A DNA stretch of 62,707 nt from a virus (Duplodnaviria; Caudoviricetes), in IMG/VR virus record IMGVR_UViG_3300033134_000003, positions 1 through 62,707 of that record; one strand, written 5' to 3'. Below the pieces are notes generated by a model. That model was not told where the DNA came from and made no database searches. It saw only the letters and a list, made by a program, of their open reading frames with translations. Shown here piece after piece: positions 26,401 to 33,228 of the stretch. Position 1 is the stretch's first letter; the number at the start of each line of letters is the position of its first letter. A program made the position numbers and the translations under genes.

Positions 26401-27793
26401 TGGCAGCACCTGAGGAGGTCACTCCAAGTGTGGTGAAAGCACCCGCGGCCGGTGTAGTCGTACCGATGGGCGGCGGGGTCAAAAGGTAATTTGAAAAGGC
26501 GGTGCCCGAAAGAGCCCCGCTAGCGCTCAGATTGCTAAATGCTCCGGTGGAGGGAGCAGTGCTCCCGATGGGGCCGGGCGAAGCAAATGTGGCGCCATTC
26601 AACGAGGATGCATTGAGGTTCGCAACGTTCGTGGTCGAGGACACCACGAAAGGTGGCGTGCCGGTGTTGACCGTCGAGGTGAACTGTCCCGTAGCGGACA
26701 GCGTCGTGAATGCGCCGGCCGCAGGGGTCGTGGCGCCGATCGCAGGCGGTGTCGCATAGTTCTGCGTCGCGAAGGTGCCAAGCCCGCTGATCTGCGTGCT
26801 GGGGAATGTCGGGAACGCGGCCGCCGGATAGGAGGACATCGCGTGGTACCCGGCCGCCCCGCTCGAGGAGCCGGTGTTCCCCCACACCCCGTATCCGACG
26901 CCGGTGTTGGCGAGCGTGACCGTCACCCCGCCCGTCGAGCCAGAATTGCTGATGAGCGAACCATCGCCGGTGAAGGAGCTCACCCCGCCCCCGCCTGCCG
27001 TCGCGTTCAGCGTTCCGCTCGTGATGCTGAGATTCGTGCCGAGCGTGAGGCATGACCCGGTCGTGCCCGTCGATGCGTAGTAGATCAGCTGGTCCACCGT
27101 GCAGCTGGGAAGAGACCCGCCACCGCCGCTTGCGTTGATGGTCTGGTTCGGCCAGGTGCCCGAGATCGTGACGTTCGTGCCGGCAACCAGACTCGCGCCG
27201 GTCACCGCGCTCCCGAGGTTGGCCGCCGAGGGGGTCGCGAGGAAGGTCGCAACGCCGGTGCCAAAGCCCGTGATAGACCCCAGAGGGAGCCCCGTCGCAC
27301 TCGCGAGCGATCCGGAGTAGCTGCCAGAGAGGGTGAGCTGGATGTTGCCGCTCGAGGGGTTGATGAAGCCGATCGTGAGGCCGTCGGTCGCTGCGGAATT
27401 CTCGAAGTTGATCGTCGTGCTGCTGTCGAGGAGCGTACCGTTGACCTGAAAGATTGCCCCGCCGGGGCAGGTCACGGTCGTCGGTGGATCTGCAAGGCTG
27501 ATCGCCCAGTTGAGGCAGTACGTACCAAGGGCTCCGGGCAGGATGCTCGCCGGCGCGCCCCCGTTGGTCCCATACATGAGACCGTTGATGTTGAAGAGCT
27601 CCCCGAGATCATTGTTGATGAATCCGAAGGCCTGCCAGAGCGGGTAGCCCGTCCCGGTATTCGCAGGGCCGCTCGAGAAATTGCAGTTCGCCGAGGTGCT
27701 GCACTTGATCGGATGCTGCTGAGCGTGCGCGGGGGAGAGGTGCAGCAGGGCCGCGAGGCCCGCGAGGAGCAGGCCCTTACGAAGAGTTCGCAT
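23492..27793 (-). CDS. Very large secreted fibre-like protein (about 1433 aa)
   Basis: AAGGAG RBS; signal peptide ending AHA|Q; gp9-like N-terminal motif; IGxTTPAAGAFT repeats; internal domain duplication. Confidence 0.8.
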   Translation of the reverse strand: MRTLRKGLLLAGLAALLHLSPAHAQQHPIKCSTSANCNFSSGPANTGTGYPLWQAFGFINNDLGELFNINGLMYGTNGGAPASILPGALGTYCLNWAISLADPPTTVTCPGGAIFQVNGTLLDSSTTINFENSAATDGLTIGFINPSSGNIQLTLSGSYSGSLASATGLPLGSITGFGTGVATFLATPSAANLGSAVTGASLVAGTNVTISGTWPNQTINASGGGGSLPSCTVDQLIYYASTGTTGSCLTLGTNLSITSGTLNATAGGGGVSSFTGDGSLISNSGSTGGVTVTLANTGVGYGVWGNTGSSSGAAGYHAMSSYPAAAFPTFPSTQISGLGTFATQNYATPPAIGATTPAAGAFTTLSATGQFTSTVNTGTPPFVVSSTTNVANLNASSLNGATFASPGPIGSTAPSTGAFSNLSASGALSGTAFSNYLLTPPPIGTTTPAAGAFTTLGVTSSGAASTPAQSWTGAPFAGGTGTTTVPLLYCNDGTAPSTWSTNGTEFGCNAPSSFLGNFFDMHVNGGASVFSVTYQGVISGIGTGLSGTASSLNIGGNAATATNLASYPALCTGGQFSQGLSSGSNNCATPSASASSITPGTTTVSGATAPCLIDNSTGTTMGCAAIGQTLALASNTLNTTAPQRTATSSPTVASTDMGGVIVSNVSGGGTLTIPAISSSVFPANTTLTVINYSTSTETVSSTPTVNSGGGCVTGTGIPAGATWELISNGTTIDCNQTVSTASGGMVYPGAGIPQSTGSAWGTSITPGTGVVTALGDAVNGTGGLLTYSIIGTSGATLGLLNTNNTFSGASVFSGSVAHTATSLPLQAAGTLGVAGETSTPTLGAAGEGDIYLLSTTGGLAFIGEGSTNDLSFFNKNGTSVCTVATGTTNWNCTGLEVGGTNVVTAGANSSITSLTGLTTALSAGQGGTGSSTVPSSAQIPVGNSGGTAYAPQTLSGDGSLTSAGVLKVTATNGTSFSVLATTVPGTGVAAALGDNIGSAGAPVVYGGAGGTPSSLTCTNCSGTAASLVAGSALVPERTVTSSPTVASTDMGGQIVANVSGGGTLTIPAISSSIFAANMALRVVNYSASTMAVSTTPTVNSGGGCASGTGIPSGDTWSMVSNGTTIDCSQTVNSSSGGGGGVTIGNAVSGGTANTLLYTNSGTDVANASSVPLGFTTTPIALTAVSSNFTPNLSGASSSNQFTLTLGSGDTIANPTGSIAGESFTLAISQPSSGGPYTVSWGAGYSWAAGSAPSLNTGANAVTLVNCEVITTTPTMVCYGPVNGAFLASTSAQNPSAPSSTSAFSAQGLSSGVTRFTPTTTGNMTITVSGSTACGTGTCTAATAGVEYYIMYGTGNGNANGSTTLGTTCGGTQEYRNGAAVTSGDGPNRPFSITCNVSGLTVGTAYYVDLAAEAVTTASSVALANVVISAQEAR

Positions 27794-27804
27794 TGATGCT
27801 CCTT

Positions 27805-28470
27805 CTACGGAACGGTGATCTCTACCGGCACGACCGCGATCGCCTGCGAGTCGATGTCGCCGGTCAGCTTGTCCAGGCGCCCGGCGATGCGGCACCAGAA
27901 GACGAGCCCCCCGAGGGTGAAGCGCTGCTGCATAGGGTCATCCGGGGCGAAGGCCGCCTGCAGCGCATCGAGAATGTTGTTGAGCAGGCTTTCTGGCACC
28001 GCGTCCGGGTCGGAGCCAGCGTTCGCGTAGACCCACACTTCGGCGCGGATCGTCTGCGCTTGCTGGATGATGTTCTGGTACTCGAGATCCTCGTCCATGC
28101 CCCGGAGGAAGAGGGCCGGCTGCGCGGCAACATCACTCCAGAATTTGATCCTGCGGCCGGTGGTCTGGAATCCGGTCGTGAGGGCGACCGCGGTCCCGGA
28201 CGCAAGAGCAGGCTCGGTCAATGTGACCGTTCCGCCCACCGTATCGATCGCCTCGATGTAGCACTCCCGCTGCATGCCAGGCCCGAAGACCGGGAGGCCC
28301 AGGAAGAGCCCGGCGAGGCTTGAGACGTTCGTGAGGACTTCGGAGTTGGCCTCGGTGGTTGCCGTGAAGGACACCTGCAGGGCTCCGACCAGCGTCGAAA
28401 ATAGCGCCTGCATGACGCTCTCTCGCGATGGTCTACCCACTTGTCCCCACTCCTGCCCACTTCGGCCCAT
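27805..28470 (-). CDS. Tail terminator/completion protein with an inserted domain (start may be GTG 28440)
   Basis: RRIKFWSDVAAQPALFL, TLGGLVFWCRIAG, QAIAVVPVEI; neck position. Confidence 0.7.
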   Translation of the reverse strand: MGRSGQEWGQVGRPSRESVMQALFSTLVGALQVSFTATTEANSEVLTNVSSLAGLFLGLPVFGPGMQRECYIEAIDTVGGTVTLTEPALASGTAVALTTGFQTTGRRIKFWSDVAAQPALFLRGMDEDLEYQNIIQQAQTIRAEVWVYANAGSDPDAVPESLLNNILDALQAAFAPDDPMQQRFTLGGLVFWCRIAGRLDKLTGDIDSQAIAVVPVEITVP

Positions 28471-28971
28471 TCATGCGACATCGCCCCCCTGCGCGGCCGC
28501 CTGGGCGATCGCCTCCTCGAGTTGCGCCCGGATCTCCGGTTCCATTTGAGCGAATGGCCCGCGCAGGTACTCAAACGCCGCGATATGCACGGGCTTGGTG
28601 AGCCTTGCGAGAACGCGCCGGCGTTGACCGCCGAGGCGCGCAAGGGCGCCGGCGCGCTCGAAGATCTTGCGCGCCTTGTTGGAACCGTATTCGAGCGTCG
28701 CAGCTTTCGCGTATTCGCCGGCGATCCCTGGGGCGAACACGGCCACGTACCCCGCAACGCGCTCGGGGTTGTCCGTGAAGGTGCGCCCGCGGATCTCGCT
28801 CCTCAAGCGTCCAGTCCGGACCGGAGCTGCGACCTCGACGCGCCCCTCGAGCTCCTCGGTGATCTGATCGATGCGTGCAGCGAGTTGCCGGCGCGCAAAG
28901 GCCGGGAAGCGATCGAACCTCGCCTCGAGCTCGCGGTCCCCGTCGAGCCGCACGGACATGATCGGCATCAT
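28471..28971 (-). CDS. HK97 gp10-like tail component
   Basis: APVRTGRLRSEI, LEYGS, YLRGPF. Confidence 0.75.
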   Translation of the reverse strand: MMPIMSVRLDGDRELEARFDRFPAFARRQLAARIDQITEELEGRVEVAAPVRTGRLRSEIRGRTFTDNPERVAGYVAVFAPGIAGEYAKAATLEYGSNKARKIFERAGALARLGGQRRRVLARLTKPVHIAAFEYLRGPFAQMEPEIRAQLEEAIAQAAAQGGDVA

Positions 28972-29900
28972 GCGGAGGCGACCACCGGCACGCGATAGCG
29001 ATCGAGCACATCGAGAATCTCATTCGGGTACGGTCCGCGTTGACCCGGCGCCGCGCCCACCCAGAACCGCTCGAGCCCGACCTGGCCGGACTGGCTTCTC
29101 TCGACGATCTTCGGATCGCGCCCCTTCGACTTGAAACGCCCGACGAGGATCTGCTCGCACACCCTCTGGAGGTCAAGGGGCATGTTCGGCGTGTCATCGT
29201 TCGGGAGCTGGTAGCCGGCCTGGTAGATGACCGTGACTTGCACCGCGGCCCAGGTCCTGGGATTACCGGCCTCATTCAGGCGATAGAGCATTCCCGGGCC
29301 CTCATCCCCCGGAAGAAGTGATCCCGCCTGCACCTCAAAGCCCGAGCCTGCCGCAAGGCCGATGTCGTTCCCGTCGATGGTCTCAACGACGCTGATTCCG
29401 GCCGATAGCGCAATCGCACTATTGCTCTCGGTCGCGGCCTCGGAGATCGTGATCGAGCCTGAACCCAGGCCCGTGATGGTGGCGCCACTCGGGATGCCAG
29501 GTCCGGAGAAGAGCTGATCGACCGCGAGGCCCTGAAGACTTGCGATGCCGTCGACGAGCTGCTCGCCCTCGTAGGTGTTGCCGATGATCTCCACGACGGG
29601 CCCCTGAAACGGCCACCTCGTGAGCTTCAGCGGGTTGAGCGCTGAGCGCACGCCCTCGCCCCATACCCCGCGCTGCGGGCGATACACGTCCTGCCAAGTG
29701 GCAAGGCCGAACACGCGATTGCAGTAGCGCGCGATCCCCGCCGACTCCTCGTTCAGCATACGAGTGAGGGTCGCATCGTTACTCGTGTCGCTTGAGTTGA
29801 GGCCGAGCTCGTCCTTGATGTTGGCGAGCGTCGTGAGCGTATAGGACGCAGGAGGCTCGAGCAGCTGCGTGATGACGTAGCTTGCCGTCTGGCTCTGCAC
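28968..29900 (-). CDS. Head-tail connector (gp6-like) with an inserted domain
   Basis: LTTLANIKDELG, IARYCNRVF, YQAGY, LDRYR. Confidence 0.75.
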   Translation of the reverse strand: MQSQTASYVITQLLEPPASYTLTTLANIKDELGLNSSDTSNDATLTRMLNEESAGIARYCNRVFGLATWQDVYRPQRGVWGEGVRSALNPLKLTRWPFQGPVVEIIGNTYEGEQLVDGIASLQGLAVDQLFSGPGIPSGATITGLGSGSITISEAATESNSAIALSAGISVVETIDGNDIGLAAGSGFEVQAGSLLPGDEGPGMLYRLNEAGNPRTWAAVQVTVIYQAGYQLPNDDTPNMPLDLQRVCEQILVGRFKSKGRDPKIVERSQSGQVGLERFWVGAAPGQRGPYPNEILDVLDRYRVPVVASA

Positions 29901-29901
29901 G

Positions 29902-30264
29902 TCAGAAGACGAGGCGTGTGACGAGCGTGAGGGTTACGAGGTTGGTCTGGTTGACGGGAGAGGCCTGCGTGCCAGAGCGGATCTGAAAGAGGCTGATCCC
30001 GCGGAGCTTCGTCGGGTCGATCGCAACGTAGTATTGCAGCGAGCCGCCCGTGAGGCTCGGGATCTCAACCTCCGTTCCCGCGGTGCCGTCCCAGACCTCG
30101 CTCCAGGTCTGGCCCCCATCGATCGAGGCCTGAAGTGTGATCGCCGCGGTGGTCCAGTTGGAGGGAACCTGGAGCCCGACCAGCTCCTTGTTGCCGATCG
30201 CGACCGGCCCGGAGAGCGCCTGGCCGGCCGCGATGGTTGCTGTTTGAAGATCTATTTCCGCCAT
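29902..30264 (-). CDS. Hypothetical virion protein
   Basis: ATIAAGQALSG...WTTAAITLQASIDG; lies in the head module. Confidence 0.7.
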   Translation of the reverse strand: MAEIDLQTATIAAGQALSGPVAIGNKELVGLQVPSNWTTAAITLQASIDGGQTWSEVWDGTAGTEVEIPSLTGGSLQYYVAIDPTKLRGISLFQIRSGTQASPVNQTNLVTLTLVTRLVF

Positions 30265-30281
30265 GTGGGCGTGCCTTCTTC

Positions 30282-31043
30282 TTAGAGCCGGTTCATCCCG
30301 AGATCGACCTTGTCGAGCTGCAGCGTCCCGACACCCACGCCCGAGGCCTTGTACACGGTGCAGTAGGGCTCGAGCACGGCATTCGCGCCGGTCGCAGCGA
30401 AGCTCATCTGGTGGGGGGTCGAGACCTCGACTCCGTCGATGAAGAATCGCACGTTGGTCGGGTCCGTCGCATCGATGCGGAAGAGATGGAAGGTGCCTGC
30501 GACCGCAACGATGCCCGTCGATGCCGAGATCGTGTTGACCCCGTCCTTGGTCTGCATGTTGATGTTGCCGTTGCCGGACATCTGGAAGCGGGCGTAATAG
30601 GCATTGTTGTCCGGCCCGTCGATCCAGGCGGACATGAGCCCGAAGACAGCCTCACAGACGCCGGTCGGCACCACGGATGCATTGATGCGCGCCTCCCAGA
30701 TGGCGCACTTCGTCATGTCCCAGTTGAGCTCGTCGTTTGCGTAGAGCGTGGCCTCCTGCTTCTCGCTCGTCGCATCGAGCGCGCAGGCGACCGCACCGCC
30801 GGAGAAATTCGCGACCACCGCGACGGTCGGGCTCCCGGAGGTCTTCTGGATCTTCGAGCACCAGGGATAGCCCACCGCAGGGGACCCGCCCGCGGGGATC
30901 GCCGAGTGCCCCGGACCGATGAAGTCGTCCCCGAAGGTCACGGTGCTGAAGAGTTGCACGGTCTCGGAGGTGGCCGCGTCGTATTCGCTTTGCGGGTTGC
31001 CCAGCGCATCCGAATGGGATCGCAGCTGAATGGTCTGGCTCAT
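30282..31043 (-). CDS. Putative head-associated beta-sandwich protein
   Basis: GGAG RBS; DDFIG...VRFFIDGV lectin-like pattern. Confidence 0.65.
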   Translation of the reverse strand: MSQTIQLRSHSDALGNPQSEYDAATSETVQLFSTVTFGDDFIGPGHSAIPAGGSPAVGYPWCSKIQKTSGSPTVAVVANFSGGAVACALDATSEKQEATLYANDELNWDMTKCAIWEARINASVVPTGVCEAVFGLMSAWIDGPDNNAYYARFQMSGNGNINMQTKDGVNTISASTGIVAVAGTFHLFRIDATDPTNVRFFIDGVEVSTPHQMSFAATGANAVLEPYCTVYKASGVGVGTLQLDKVDLGMNRL

Positions 31044-31137
31044 CGAGTGCTCCTACAGAAAGATTGGAACTTGAGTCGCTGGTCGAAGGGGCCGCGGGTT
31101 GCCCCGCGACCCCTTGCGCCCTTCCCTCGTCGTTGGC

Positions 31138-31638
31138 CTAGACCTCGGAGGCCGGCGGAACCTGCTGCTGGAAGCGGCCCAGGTATTCCATGTACGCCTC
31201 GGTGATGTTCGCGGCGTTGGATGCCGAGGTTTCCACCGCGATGTGATTGAATCCGTTCGCAAGGTCGAGGCAGTCTGCGGGGTCGAACTCGAACACCACG
31301 ATCTGATCCTTGAGCGCAGTGCCGCACTGGAATGCGCCGTTGGTCGCCGGACCTTGAGAGACCAGCGTGTCGGAGGCAGTCGTGTCGGCGTTATAGAACA
31401 CGGGCGGCTGTGCATTCGTGCCGATGGCCTTCGAGCCCGCCCCGGCGCTCGAGGTGGCCTGCAGGATCGTGAACGTCACCTGCGCCGCGTTACCCTGGTT
31501 GACGCGGCAGACCACGGCGACCTTGCCGCTGCAGTTGCGCAGAGACTTGTAGGTGCCGGTACGGCCGGCGGCATCCGCAGCCGGGGGCAGCATTCCGATG
31601 GGCGGGCACTGGTAGGAGAATTGAAATTGCCTTGACAC
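31138..31638 (-). CDS. Putative capsid decoration protein
   Basis: Directly after the major capsid gene; VVFEFDPADCLDLANGF. Confidence 0.6.
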   Translation of the reverse strand: MSRQFQFSYQCPPIGMLPPAADAAGRTGTYKSLRNCSGKVAVVCRVNQGNAAQVTFTILQATSSAGAGSKAIGTNAQPPVFYNADTTASDTLVSQGPATNGAFQCGTALKDQIVVFEFDPADCLDLANGFNHIAVETSASNAANITEAYMEYLGRFQQQVPPASEV

Positions 31639-31781
31639 TGAGGTCTACCTCGACCCGCCCCCCATTGCGGGCAACCGGGATGTAGATAGGGCACGGGTGG
31701 GGATCCCGCACCAGAAGAGGCGCCCCTTCGCGGCGCACGCAGAGCGCGCCGCCGCGAGAAAGGCCGCCTTTGCAGCCGCAG

Positions 31782-33140
31782 TTAGCGCTGCGCCAGAACG
31801 ATGAACGGGCTCTTGGTGTTCGAGCCTTTGAACGGGGTGAGCGCGGTCTGCCAGAGGGGGTTCCCGTCCACCCGGTAGGTGAAGCGGAACGTCATCTCAT
31901 CGGTGAGGAACCGCACATGCATGGAGGTTGCCGCCTGCATTCCGCGCTTGTCTGCGAGGACGTACTGGCTGAAGTCCGCGAGGATGATGTCCCCCGGAGT
32001 GCCGAGGGTCGATGCGTACTCGATCGGGATCACCGGGCGCCCGAAAAGCTGCGAGTACGGGCTCTGATTGAGGCCGCCGGCGGGCAGGAACATCGGCAAG
32101 CCACCGCTCCCGACCGTCTGGGAGAGCTGGTAGAGCTGCGGCTCGACATCCTGGTTGATGAACCAGACCGAGTTCTTGCGCGAGCGGATCCAGCACCGCG
32201 ACCACATATTGACGATGTTGTTGAGCGAGAGCGTTGCACTCGCCTGCCCGCTATCCTTCGCGACCGTGACGAGAGCGGGGGCATTGAGGATGCCCAGGGG
32301 TTTGCCGACGCCGTCCCCTTCGACGATGCCGTCCTCCGTCATGAACATGATTTCCTCGGAGAACGCCTGGCTTGCGATCGTCTCGAGGGCCGTCTGGTCT
32401 GCGAGGAGCTCGTCGGAGACGTACATGACCGACATGAGCTTCTTCAGGTCGAGCTCGATCAAGCGGAACTTCGGCTTGGTCGCGTTCGCACCGTCTCCTT
32501 CAGAGACCCAGTACGACTGCACACCGCCCCAGCGGCTGCCGGTCGCGCGGCTCGATTCATCGACCGCCGGCAGTTTGATTCCGTTTGCGTTGGCGGAGAT
32601 CGGGAGCTTGAAGACGCGGCCCAGAATCTCGCCCATGTCGTAGGCGCGCGTCCACACCGCCGATGCGAAGTCCGACTGCACCAGGAAGCCGCCCGCAGAG
32701 GGATCCGTTTCACCAGCACCGGCCGGGGCTCGCACGAGGCGCCCGTCGGTCGTCCCGCCTGCGTAGTGCTGGACGATGGCCCGCAGCTGCTCGCCGAAGC
32801 TGCGGAAATGCTTGCTCGACTCGGGCTTGAAGCCGGTCACACCGCGCGCGTGCGCGACGTAATCGGACATGGCCCATGAGGCCCGCGCCGTGCGCAGCTC
32901 GGGCGTTGCGGCGACGAGCGCCCCAGCCGAGAACGGCGAGGGGTCGGTAGCCTCCTCGGTGGACGGCCGAGCCTGGCCGCGGGAGATATCCTGCGCTCGC
33001 TGAGCGCGGGTGATCATCGCGTCGAGTTCGGTGATCTCCCGCTCCGTCGAGCCGAATTGCTTCGGATCATCGATGAGCAGCTCGAGACGGGCCGCAAGGT
33101 CAGCGCGACGCTGTTTCAGGGCAGCAAGTTTCTCAGACAT
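31782..33140 (-). CDS. Major capsid protein, HK97 family
   Basis: AGGFLV, WVSEG, VSDELLAD, GDGVGKPLGILN, LFGRPV, GDIILADFSQY. Confidence 0.95.
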   Translation of the reverse strand: MSEKLAALKQRRADLAARLELLIDDPKQFGSTEREITELDAMITRAQRAQDISRGQARPSTEEATDPSPFSAGALVAATPELRTARASWAMSDYVAHARGVTGFKPESSKHFRSFGEQLRAIVQHYAGGTTDGRLVRAPAGAGETDPSAGGFLVQSDFASAVWTRAYDMGEILGRVFKLPISANANGIKLPAVDESSRATGSRWGGVQSYWVSEGDGANATKPKFRLIELDLKKLMSVMYVSDELLADQTALETIASQAFSEEIMFMTEDGIVEGDGVGKPLGILNAPALVTVAKDSGQASATLSLNNIVNMWSRCWIRSRKNSVWFINQDVEPQLYQLSQTVGSGGLPMFLPAGGLNQSPYSQLFGRPVIPIEYASTLGTPGDIILADFSQYVLADKRGMQAATSMHVRFLTDEMTFRFTYRVDGNPLWQTALTPFKGSNTKSPFIVLAQR

Positions 33141-33228
33141 TTTTCAGGGACTCCGTATGACAAAGCCGCTGCCTAGGCGGCCGAAGGGAAGGCGCTCGCG
33201 TCGCCGCGCGCGAGGTTTAGGGAATCAA

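Noticed and set aside
27793-27895. Upstream extensions of the ORF-track starts for the large secreted genes (also 21720 and 19591)
   Set aside because: They overlap upstream genes; RBS, stop-start coupling and signal peptides support starts at 27793, 21663 and 19429
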